DNA of 64,000 nucleotides from Lama guanicoe (lineage: Eukaryota): assembly GCA_013239625.1 (NCBI GenBank), contig MU057356.1:23749182-23813181 (forward strand). The letters run 5' to 3'. Position numbers and translations under genes: made by a program. Positions 12,431-23,929 of the stretch are shown piece by piece. Position 1 is the stretch's first letter; every line of letters starts with the position of its first letter. The notes under the pieces are model-generated. The model was given only the letters and a program-made list of their open reading frames with translations. It did no database searches and was not told the DNA's origin.

Positions 12431-14577
12431 TAAGTGGCTCAAAGGAGTCCATGATAGGACTGTTACTTTGAAAAGCTTATGGAGTAAATGGGTCCTCAGA
12501 GAGTGGCAACGTGTGAAGGAAATTTCTCTCTTGTACCTGCATCCTTCGTTAAGGGCTTCCTCGCTCAGCTCTGCCACTCCCTTCCCCAGCCCCCCAAACG
12601 CGACATTATCAGGACTTTGGAGTTACTATCTGCTACGGAGGATGAGATGAGAGGGAAGGAAGAGGGCAACACGGCATTCTGGAGGTTTACCTGTCTTTTT
12701 TTCTGACCAAGTGGCAGCCATTTAAGAATCTGGAGTTCAGAGTCCTCATTTATATTTCAAAAGACTTCAGGTGAACTGGGTGATCGCGTTTTTATTACAT
12801 GGATCCCAGGAACACAGAACAATGAAATCTCTTCGCAAATGGAACAATGAATCTCAGAATCAAGAGTAATTGGTATAGAAAAGACAGGCGCTTGTATCTT
12901 CTTATGACTGGTAGAAACACAACCCCCAACCCACTCAGAAAGTCAATTAACTAACACTAAAGGTTCTAGGGCAGACAGAGAGGGGCTTTTATTTGGTTCA
13001 AAATAGCATGCCTTCTAGTCTCTTGAATTGATCGTAGTGATGGCCAGAAAGTCAAAGCAGAAGTCAGACCCCAAACATGAAGGAAGCCTAGAAGGGGTGA
13101 TGGAATTCATTCCCAGACATGGTGAAGATAACCAGGTAGGCCCTGGGTACAAGGAAGAAACTCTGCTACCATCACCTTATGCCATGGATGTGCAGAACTT
13201 TCTGAAAAATTTGCACAAAATCTCAAGGAATGTGTGGCCTATTTTTGATTCAAGTCTGATTCAATGGGACACAGATTCATGAGCCTGTGGTCACATCCAG
13301 TTTGCTTTACCAAACTATCTGGGGAAAACATGGGTCCTTTCTGCTACCTGGCAGTTGACCTAAACAATTACGTTAAAAACGTGTAGTGCAGAGAAGCTGA
13401 ACCTGCCAACGCATGTCCCTGCTGTGAGTTCCCAGGGCGTCCTTTGTGTTCACCCTTCCCAACCGCTTGACATGTACTACTGTAACAACCTGTTTACTTG
13501 CCTGTCTCCCAAACATCCTTCAGGCCAGTGACTGTGTCCTAGTCATCCTGCATCCCCTCTGCTTGGCCCAGAGGAGCTGACCGACCGTGCGGACGGAATG
13601 AGTTGATGAATGAACAAAGAGCAAAGCGCTTCCCTTTCTAGACTCTACTTGGCCTAAATTTAACTCACTTCTTTAAGTGTGAGGAAATGAGTGGTTCTAT
13701 TACAGAGCATGCAGAAATAAACAATTATCTCATTTAATAATGAGCTGGGACCAATAACAAAAATTGCCTGCCTGTTGTTCCTTAGTTACTGCTCTGCCAA
13801 GTAGCACGATCTGTTAACTGACATTAAAGATCTAGTTTCATTAAATCTTGAACAAGGCTCAGAAAACCTCCTGAGAGCACTCTGTTTAATTACAGGCAGG
13901 GGGCAAGCACCAATCCTATCGATCTGGTCAGTTCAAATTCTACACAACGAATGTGGGTGATAAAAGAAGTGGCCTCAACTGCTTTACAAGCAACTCTGAT
14001 GAACTGTGGATTCAGAGTTGCTGTAAAGACAGCAAAGGCAAACCAGCCATGTTATTACGTGGTACTGTGGGATGAAACTGTACCTCAGTCCCTGCATAGA
14101 ACTACATATCGTCAAGAACAGAGGACAACCAACCACAAAAGACATATTTCTCCTCAGGGAAATAAAATATGTTGGGTGGTGGTAGGTGGAAGTCATCCAG
14201 AACTTAAAGTCTAGTACGCTGGCAACTAAAGACATCTAGCAAATTCTGATACCCACAACTGTCTTGGAAAAGAGAAATAAACCCAATTCGTGGGGATGTG
14301 TACAAATTCCTGAGGACATTGCCAACTGAGGAAGAGACACAAGCTCCTTTATAAGTTCCTTAAGTTCCTTCATATAAAATCATACTAACTGCAAAACTTG
14401 AGATGTAATAAACGTGATCAGAAGAAAGGTTCTGAGTACAATGTGTGTGTGTGTGTATTTCATGTCCATCTCAGAGTTCTTCAAATATCTTAAAAGATTC
14501 TTAAGGGAAAAAAAGATAATGTGGTGTTACTCTTTCCAGAGCACTAAAGAGAGAACTCTAGATTTTACCCCCAAGAA

Positions 14578-14800
14578 CTACTGATACTGTTTGAGCATTT
14601 ACTACATTCCAGGCATTGGTGAAGTGCTTCGATAATTCATGAGGATTACCTAACTTTCCTGCACTGGGCACTATTATTACCCCCACTTCATGGTGGAGGA
14701 AACTGAGGAGCAGAGATGTTAGGTAACTTGCCAAAGACTCATGGTGACTTGTTACATCAGGCTGTGACACCAGGTGATCACAGAGCCCAGGTACCTGGTG
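14578..14800 (-). mobile_element. MIR SINE
   Basis: Antisense core gaggaaactgagg ... aggtaacttgccaaag; tail ttgagcatttactacattccaggcat. Confidence 0.85.
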
Positions 14801-15823
14801 TGGTACCATCACACTTGCTGTTCTAAATACTAACCTCCACCGTTGGAGAAAATACTAGAAAAAGAGGAATTTGGTTTTTTATCCTTTCCTAGTCACACTC
14901 AAGGGCTGTCTTGTGCTATAGTAACTCAAGTTAGAGGAGGAAATTTATTCTAAATCACAATATGTAATTAGGCCTAAGACCAACATTTCCTTCACAAAAC
15001 ACGCACCATCAGAATGCCGCACGCCAAGAGCAAGCGCACCTAATTAGGGCATTAGTCATAATGATCGGGGAGTGTAACCCAGGAAATTACAGGTGGTGTG
15101 GGCCTTAGCACTAAGTCAATTTCCCCAGCTTGCCCAGATAGAGTCTTTGCTGACTGCAATGATTTACACTTGCTGTTGAAAGGACAGCGACACAGCTGGG
15201 TACTGAAAATAAGCTTATGCACGAGTTCAGATAAAATGACATTCAGATATGAGAGTTAGGAATGCTGGCATTAGCCACAAATGAGGAAAAGAGTTGATAA
15301 CATTCAAAAATAGTAACTTCTTCCATATTCATACATAATGGCAACTCTGAAAACAGCATGTGGATGAAAGCAGGATGATGTCCACAGGCTGACCTTATTG
15401 AAGAGCAAGTTAAAGAGTGATGGTGAGTAACTAGATGTATTCTTGCTCCTCTGTCTGTGTGCAAAGCTACCAGTCAGTGCACAACTAGAAAGCAAGCTTC
15501 TAATATTGCCAAGACAGAGAAGGAGACTTAGGTCGGTCCGGTAATTCAAAGCGAGGTTCAGTGGGAACTGATCCTGATGGAAGAATTCATTGCTTCACCT
15601 CCTGTCCAATCACAGATCAAATTCACAGCCAAACAAAGGGGTACTTGTGGGTTCCTGAGAAAAAAACACCCTCTTTGGACAAGTGAGTGCTTTAACAATT
15701 CAGCCAAATGTTTCTGTCCTGAAACATCAGCTCCTTTAGTAATGGATGTATTTCCCAAACAAAGTGGTTCTCAGACCTGTTCAGGCTGCAGAGCCATTTA
15801 GTAGGCTGGGGTGACTACCAGGA

Positions 15824-15826
<3 letters not shown>

Positions 15827-15866
<40 letters not shown>
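15827..15866. repeat. Perfect (AC)20 microsatellite
   Basis: Directly visible. Confidence 0.99.
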
Positions 15867-15868
<2 letters not shown>

Positions 15869-16303
15869 TTATTACCTTTAATCTCTGTACTAGAGAAGAT
15901 GACATTTCATACTAGATCCAGTATGGTTATGTGAGAAAGGGTCTATAAATTGAAAAGAAAACTTACAGAAGAAACTGCAAAGGGGAAAATTCCATATATT
16001 TTTGCAAATTATAAAAGTTATTAGCCTACCTTAGAAGAACATTCTAATTGAGCTCGGGGAAGACGTGTGCACCAGGGGAATGGCTGAGAATCACTACACG
16101 GTAGAATTTGTACCATCCACTTAGATTTGTGATTGCAGAGAAGAGTGTTTTTAAACCTCAGCACTTTCAGACTACTGTCAAGAATGATTTCATAACCAGA
16201 AAGGAATGGTGATTCGTAAGACCAAAAATGCCACCAAATTCTCGGGGTCACCCTCGGCCCCACCCCCAGGGACAGGTCTGGCCGTGGGAATGGGCGCGCT
16301 CAC

Positions 16304-16510
16304 CCTCCTCCGCAGGCGGTCCCGCTCCTCCCGGATGGCATTCATGGTGGCCTTGGTCCTGTTCAGCTCCTCCTCTTTGCTGCATAGCATGGCAGTCAGG
16401 CTCTCGTTCTCTTCCCTCAGCCCGGCCAGCTCCTTCTCCCATCGAGACCGCTCTTCTGCCAGGTTGGGATACAGGTCCCGGCCAAGGACCCCCTCAATTT
16501 CTTCCACTGT
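16304..16510 (-). CDS. MCC: MCC coding exon, 207 nt, phase 0-0: TVEEIEGVLGRDLYPNLAEERSRWEKELAGLREENESLTAMLCSKEEELNRTKATMNAIREERDRLRRR
   Basis: Lies within ORF 16190..16642(-). Acceptor tgtgttttccag, donor AGG|gtgagc. Coiled-coil composition. Confidence 0.97.
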
Positions 16511-18343
16511 CTGGAAAACACAGCCACAAAGACAAGCCAAGTGAGTTCCCTGCGGGAAAGGGGAGGGGGAGAAAACAGGCTGGATGGGGGTGAGTGTCCA
16601 CAGAGGGGTGGGTTCTACAGACATTTCACTGTGTAAAGTCATCGTAACCAGTGATATCCCCCAATCATCCTCTCCCCATTTTCAGATGAGGCTCTGTCAC
16701 TTGCCTGGGTCATAGTCTGTATTACCCAGCAGTCCTCTGAGTAAGAAAAACACAACCCCTTCCTGGTATTTAAGTCCCCCTGTAGTGCTAACTGCCTGTC
16801 CACACAGGTATTTATCTTCTTCATTCACCCACATTCCAGAGTTGGTGAATACATATAACCAGACAGCAAGTCAGTCAGTGATCCTGATAAAGCAAATTCA
16901 AAGCTGCAAACTGCATACAAAATCTAAACTGAAGTTTCCTAAATTACAGGCTTCCCATGTTCCAAACCAGCACTATGAGAAGTCTCTGCATTATTTCCAG
17001 CTTTTGGTGTCACATCAGAATCAGAAGGTGTGAATGAGGTTCAGTCTCAAGATATGAAAGACAGAAATAAACCTCAGTGGCACAGAAAAGAGGAAGCTCA
17101 TTGCGGAGGTTTCTAAAACAGTGGGGATTTAATTAATGAGACAGCTAGGAGCTTAAAAAGGACAGAATCTTCATAGTACTAGGAGAGCTTTTAAAAAATT
17201 CATTTAAAACACCAGTATTAATAGACAGAACATGCATAAAATTTGAAAAAAAAGGAAGTACACACTCTGGTTGCTTTCAGAAGCTTCACTCACAATAACT
17301 GCCCTTTGGAAAAGGATGCACAAGCCAACTGATTTGGAAAGAGGAGGTGGAGAAGGGGGAGAAGGCAGTGGAGAGATGAGATGTGAAACAGGTCTCAAAG
17401 ACGAGTGATGGTGATACAAGGCTGTGTCGCTCCTGATGCTCATGTGGGTTCCCTGACGAAGAACCCCCGGGATGAAGCTCACATGGGTTCCAGTCTTGCT
17501 GCCACTTTCCACATGTGATGCTTTGTCCTACCTCTCAAATCGGAGACTCATACCCTACTCAGCCCTGCTCCGGGGCCCGCTCTGTCCCAAGCTGGTTGGC
17601 AGAAGCCCTTGGCTTCCTCCCTCCCTTTCAGTGTTAAGGCTGGGGCTAGAAGCCAGCCAAGTTGACATTACAATCAAATGCAGGGCCTGGAGCCTCCAGA
17701 GGAAGAAACACTAGTGGTTGCTCCCCAAACCACATCAACTATACATTTATAGTTGTGATGAATAAAGATGGAAAACCAGATGTATTATAGACATGAATCA
17801 TGGTTTACCTCAAGATACCACAGCTCTTGTGTGAAAAAATCCAGGATTCCTGGATTGGGCTCAGAGTCCTCAGACATTTTTTAAATAACACATCACATTT
17901 TCCCTTCACATAGGCTCCTCCCAGACTTTTCAGGTTGAATTGCTAGGCCTGGGTCACTAAGCTCTGGTGAAGCGATATAGAGATACCAGAGGCCCGTAGC
18001 AACACGACTTGATGTTCCCATTGTTCAGGATGTTTGTGCAGATGCAGCAAATTCTTTTCACCTGGTCCTTCCTAAGCAGGAAGATGTGTGCATGTGAAAG
18101 GCGTGACTGAGGCCCAGTCCAGTGTGCTCAGGAGAGAGCAGTCATTCAGGCCCCGAGCCTCCCCCTTGTTAGCATCACGAACTGGTAACTCCTAAAACAA
18201 CATTCTAGGGGCCTGGAGGCTTTAATAAAATTTCTATGTTAATCTTACAACCCCAGAGTGCTATATGATGAACCACACTAAAATGCTGTGGTTCAACACT
18301 AGAAGTCTAACAGTTTCCAAGGAACTAGCAGCAAAGCTAGTCT

Positions 18344-18640
18344 TTTTTTTTTTTTTAAATTGAGGTAGAATCGATTTACAATTGCTGTGTTACTCACTGA
18401 TGTGCAGCATAGTGATTCAGGTATATGTATACATATGTATGTATTCCTTTTCATATTCTTGTTCATTATAAGCTATTACAAGGTATTGACTATTTTGAAT
18501 CCCCGTGCTATACAGTAGGACCTTGTTGTTTATCTATTTTATATATAGTAGTGAGTATCTGCAAATCCCAAACTCCCAGTTTATCCCTCCCCAGCCCCTC
18601 TCCCGCACTGGTAACCATAAATTTGTTTTCTATGTCTGCA
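18344..18640 (-). mobile_element. 5'-truncated cetartiodactyl-type L1 3' end
   Basis: Poly-T followed by ttgaggtag..gatttacaat..cagcatagtgattcag..tatacagtaggaccttgttgtttatc..ggtaaccataaatttgttttctatgtctg. Homologous copies at 23267 and 62526. Confidence 0.85.
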
Positions 18641-18863
18641 ATCTTGACTGTTGATATTATGACTTCTTTGTGATCCAACCCAATAAAATTTTTCGGGGCT
18701 CCTGCTTCTCCCCAGCGGCCCTCTCTCTAAAATGGCTTTCTTAGAAACACTCATTCCCTAACAGGTTTTTTGAGGAAAATCATACTTCAGAAGAGAGGGA
18801 TCTGATCATGTCCCTCATATGGTCTGCAAGAGCCAGGACAGAGAGGCTGGGGTGGGTGACTAC

Positions 18864-19027
18864 CTTAATAGCCAGGTCACAGTGCTCGCTGGCTGTGGTG
18901 AGCTGCTCGATGTGCCTGTCCACCTCGGCCACAGAGAGGCTGCAGCTGCTCTTCTTCCGGCAGCAGACGACGTTCTCCAGCCCGGTCAGCACCCTCTGCA
19001 GTTCCGAGTTCAGGTCACTGCAGTTAT
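18864..19027 (-). CDS. MCC: MCC coding exon, 164 nt, phase 1-0: (D)NCSDLNSELQRVLTGLENVVCCRKKSSCSLSVAEVDRHIEQLTTASEHCDLAIK
   Basis: Lies within ORF 18780..19091(-). Acceptor caccttcttcgcag, donor AAG|gtagtc. Confidence 0.97.
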
Positions 19028-20179
19028 CTGCGAAGAAGGTGCACAAAGCGAGGTCAGCAGGCAGTCGGGCAATGGTCCCTCTCTGTTTCACTGACTATGA
19101 GGAACCCATTCAGGTATAAAGGACGGCAAGGGGGCCTGACATTTCAGAGCTGAACGCCACGCAGCCTCATCTCACAGGCTGCTGGCCCCACTTCCAAGCC
19201 TGGAGCCAATGCACAGGCTTTATTAAGGAGTTTCAGACCATGACCATTTTCTAGATGGCCACACCACGCTGAATTCTCTCGTCTTTCACTCAAAGTCCTT
19301 CACTCAATGGCAGCCACGTCTCGAGTTTCTTTAGTAAGAACAAAGGGACTGCTGGGACCTCAGGTGCCTTCTGGTCAACCTTCCTGCTTAGCTATTTACG
19401 TTAAGTACCAATTCAAGAAAGACTTTCAGTTAAAAAGATATCATAACTTTACTAAACAAGTATTTTTTTTACTAAAAAGTCCCAGAGTGAGCAGAGACAC
19501 TAGGTATTTTAAAAAATAGAAACTGTTTTATAAGAGACAGTCTTTGCTCTCAGTGAGCTTATAATCAAGGCTTTCCTTTTTCTGATGTAACCATTCAACC
19601 TGCTCTACCATTGCAATTTATACAACTTCTATCAGGGGGAAAATGAACTGTCCTAACAAATTCCATACTGTTCTCCATGTAAGTGTCTTGTAAGCAATTT
19701 TAATAATTTGATTCTGACTTAAAAATCTGGATTATTTTTAATTGCTGGACACCCAGGGTGTGGTCAGGGAAGGAAAATTAATCATAATCTTAATGCAAAC
19801 TAGACCTATCTTAAAAGATAATTTTGTTGGGGGAAAACATCCCCTTCAAAGTCAAATACAAATATCTGAATCTATGTTGGATTCGGTGTATCACTATGCC
19901 ACTGAATTCTTGCAGCAAAACAGATGTTAACTATAACAATTTATCAAAGTACACCTTTCCTTTACATCCAGCCTGATTTCTGCATGAAGGAAGCTTCATG
20001 TCTTCACACTTCCCTCCCCTCCCATTCTCAGCACAGGTTCCATGCACTAAAATGGTCAACTGCCTTTGGCGCTTACCTGTGGAAGACTTCAAGGAAACTC
20101 TCAGCATTATAGATCTCTCAGAATCTTTTGTTCAGCTTTGACTGTGTGTATCTACAAGTTACCTAAATCTAGACAGAAG

Positions 20180-21205
20180 GTAAATCTGAAGCTTCCACTC
20201 CAATGAGTGAACACAGTTATTCCCCCTCCTCCCCGACCTGTTCTCCTCATCTCTCCCATGTCTGTGACTAGCAGTACCAGCCATCCAGTTACCCTGGTTA
20301 ACTCTTAGGCAACCTTGATTTCCTTTTGCCTCACATCCTAAACCCAGTCCATCTGGTGACTGCAGCCTCCAAAACATATCCCCAAACGGCCCTCTTCTAA
20401 CCATCTCTACTGATAGCAGCGTTGGTCCAAGCCACCATCATTTCTTAGCTGAACTACCTCAACAACCTCCTACCTCCAGTCCCCACACTGCAGCCAAAGT
20501 GAGTCTCTTAAGGACCTAAGTCAGATCATGCTACTCCCCAGCCCAAACTAGTATATGGCTTCCCACTGTCTTTCAATAAAAGTCTAAACTCCTTACCACA
20601 GTCTGTAAGACTCTGCATGATCAACACTGTTGATGTGCTCAACCCAGGCTGTACTATGGAACTCCCTGGGGAGCGTTCATAAAACACCAACATCCAGGCC
20701 CCACCCAGGCCAATTAAATCACAATCTCTAGAGGTGGAGCTTTGGCACCAGAAGATGTTTTTTAGGTTCCTCGGATAATTCTAACGTGTAGTCAAAGTGG
20801 GAACCACTGATCTGTCTGGTCCTTGCCTCATCCGTTCACCTCCCCCTTCATCACTATGCTTTGTTCACACTCCTGCCTTCTCTCCATCCCTGGAAGATGC
20901 CAACCTCCTGTTTGCCCCAGGGCTCCCTTTTCCTTTGTTGTTTCCTCTGCTGAGACTCATTTCCACCCACATTTGCTCTTACATTCAGCTCTCAGCTCAA
21001 GTGCCACCTCCTCACCAAGCTCTTGCCCCTGCTTCGTCCCTGTCCTGTTATCCCGTCTCCTCCATGGCAATTTTCACTATCTGATCTGACTTACACGTTT
21101 GTTATCTCTCCTCTACTAAAATATAAGCTTCATGGAAGAAGGGACCTTGATCTTCCTCCTCATTGTATCTCCAACACAGATAGGCCATCAAAAGTTATTT
21201 TCTAA
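20180..21205 (+). mobile_element. L2 LINE 3' fragment with nested MER5
   Basis: ggtccaagccaccatcatttct, cacactgcagcca, taagtcagatcatg, tataagcttcatggaag. Confidence 0.75.
20630..20810. mobile_element. MER5A/B-like DNA transposon inserted into L2
   Basis: ctcaacccaggctg ... caggccccacccaggccaattaaatcacaatctct ... gataattctaacgtg ... gaaccactg. Confidence 0.75.
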
Positions 21206-22985
21206 ATGAGCCAATATAAACACCACATCATTATATATTTAAGAGCCAGCAAGACGAGAAACACAGACTGTCAACAGCAGCATGTTTTACATCCACCTTA
21301 TGCTTTTTGTCTTCATCATGGTTCATGCCCTGAGCCGCTGACAGAGGTGGGACAATCCCCACTGCAGAAGCCCCCTCTGGAGGTGGAGGGCAGGTGCCCA
21401 CCACCCACTTAAGACAAGAAGTCCAAAGCCAGGAGCGGCACTCCTTAACGACCACATATGCTGGTGGAACTATCTCCAGAACACACTTAATTCCAGGGTA
21501 ACAACTGGAGACGGTTCTCCAAATGATGGTTTACCTTGAGGTGCAGGGATTCCTGGTACCCTAAGCTGAGTTTAACACACAGTCTTGAATTATTTGCATT
21601 ATTAAGTGTTCATGAGTGGGATGAGGAAGAAAGATGCCTCTATTCAACCGTTTGTAAGGATTTCCCTAGCACAGTCCCACCTGATCACCCTGGACATGTC
21701 TAAGGATGGGTCCTCACAGCAGGGCTTGAGAGGTGCCACCAGGCTGTGTCCTGGGGATGGTGGGCTCCAGGGAGCAGGAGGCAAGTGCAGGGATCTGATC
21801 ACTATTTCTTTCTCATTCTTTAATCAGTTGCTGCGCCCTGGCCTCAGGCTAGAAGCAGGGTACAAAGATGAACACAGTGGCTCATAAATGTACGTGGCAA
21901 AAGCCATGGTCCTCTCTCTCAGCTGTCCACCACCACCCTAGGGACAGGAACCACAGAGGACATGATGCAAGTACAGGCCAGAAAATCAGGAAGACTGACA
22001 AAGGAGCTTAAATTAACACAAAGACTGCAAACAGCTAGGGAGCATCTTCTGTTTACATCAAGGAGGGCTACCGAAGCCCAGTGTGTATCACACGGGCTGC
22101 ATGATGAATCCCACACACTCCTGCCTGTTATCCACAGAGCTTGGCACTGATTTCACATGAGCCCACTAGTGATCAGGTAATACTTGGCTGTCCCTTGTTA
22201 GGAGGACAAGGTGGCTAGGCTGGCAGGAGCAGATATTCTGGGTCCTGTCAGTGCTGTCACATAGCACCAGTCAACTCACCACCGCTCCCCCGACCAACAC
22301 TGCTCGATATAGGCCAAGACGCTTATCTTTCAGTCTGTGGCACATTCTTCTAAATATAGACTTGGCAGAAATCCTCAATTCCTTCCCTTGGCCTACAACA
22401 CCCTGTACAGTCTGGGCCCTGCCAGGCGGCGAAGCTTCATCACTGAAGGCCGAGGGAGTTGGAGGCTTCACAAAAAACCAGAAGTGTGAATTACGGGACC
22501 AGCAGAACCAGATATGCTCTGACAAGGGACCCAGGGTCCCAGAACAAACAAAAGGTGCCTCATTTACAAATCAAAACCACAGTGAAGTACCACCTCACGC
22601 CTACTAGGAGGGCCACTATATGAACAACAACAACGGAAAATAGCAGGTGTTGACATGGAAGCAGAGAAAGTGGGATCCTTGTGCAATGTTGGTGGGAAGA
22701 GTAAAATGGTGCAACTGCTTTGGAAAACAGTCCGGCGGTTCCTTAGAAATTAACAACAGAACTACCATGTGATCCAACACCTCCACTGCTGGGTACATAT
22801 CCAGAAAGACTGAAAGCAGGGCCGCAGACATGTCCTTGTACATCATGTCCGTGACAGCCAACGATGGAAGTAACCCAGGTGTCCACTGGCAGATGAATGG
22901 ATAAACAAAATGTGGCATATACATATAATGGAATATAACTCAGCCTTAAAAAGGAAGGACATTCTGACACAGGATACAACATGGA

Positions 22986-23128
22986 NNNNNNNNNNNNNNN
23001 NNNNNNNNNNNNNNNNNNNNNNNNNNNNNNNNNNNNNNNNNNNNNNNNNNNNNNNNNNNNNNNNNNNNNNNNNNNNNNNNNNNNNNNNNNNNNNNNNNNN
23101 NNNNNNNNNNNNNNNNNNNNNNNNNNNN
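22986..23128. other. Assembly gap, 143 N
   Basis: Run of n. Confidence 1.
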
Positions 23129-23266
23129 GGGGGATGGGGGCAGATACTGTTTAATGGGTACAGAGTTTCCGTTTTGCAAGATCAAAGTTCTGGAGATCTG
23201 TTGCACAGCAATGTGAATATTCTAACAATATGGACTGTTATTAAGATGGTTAAGATGGTAAATTTT

Positions 23267-23454
23267 TTTATTGACGTATAGTTGATTTACAATGTTGTGT
23301 TAGTTTCTGGTGTACAGCATAGTGATTCAGGAATATAGATACTATATATATTCTTTTTCATAATAGTTATTACAAGCTATTGAATATAGTTCTGTGTGAT
23401 ACACTGGGACCTTGTTGTTTATCTATTGTGTATGCAGTACTTTGCATCTGCTAA
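23267..23454 (-). mobile_element. Short antisense cetartiodactyl-type L1 3' end nested in the older L1
   Basis: Same family as 18344-18640. Flanked by taagatggtaaatttt (23251-23266) and taagatggtgaatttt (23455-23470). Confidence 0.88.
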
Positions 23455-23929
23455 TAAGATGGTGAATTTTATGTTATGTGTTTTCTACTCCAGCGAAAAA
23501 AAGGTGCCTCATTTTGGTGGTGATCCCAGTGACTTAGGATCTTGAGACAGGATCATAGCTCCTTTGGTTTGATCAGCACCTCTGACACTTCAGAAAGGGC
23601 TTTCACAGACATCATCAAGTTCCATCCCAGCAGACAGGCGGTAAGCCTTGCTCCACAAAGGAGGAGTCTGAGGCTCAAAGACATTTAGTGACTCACTCAA
23701 GGCTGCACAGTGGGTGGGCAGCAGGGCTGGAGCTATGGTGTTGGCCTTCTGTGCCCAGGGCTGTCTTCACCACGCTGCTGTAACCCGAAGCCAGGACTGC
23801 TGTGCGTACAAGCACAGGCCAGCTCACCCAGGCCCCTGTGCCTACCTACTCACAGCCACTGTGCCCCAAATAAGGCAACATAGGGACAGAAATCACAGGT
23901 AAAGGAGGAATATTAACACTGAGTAGACT

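Larger units (their letters stand above)
22550..23514 (+). mobile_element. 5'-truncated L1 (L1MA/MB-type 3' end) with perfect 16-bp TSD
   Basis: ORF2 C-terminal and 3'UTR motifs (caaatcaaaaccacagtga, gatgaatggataaacaaaatgtggcatat). aaaaggtgcctcattt occurs at 22550-22565 and 23499-23514. Confidence 0.9.

Noticed and set aside
16206-16593. Plus-strand ORFs overlapping MCC exons (also 18808-19119, 34024-34263, 45350-45598)
   Set aside because: They are antisense shadows of coiled-coil coding exons, with Ser/Leu/Phe-rich translations and no independent gene structure.
22910-23281. ORFs spanning the N run
   Set aside because: Artefacts of translating an assembly gap inside an L1 remnant.
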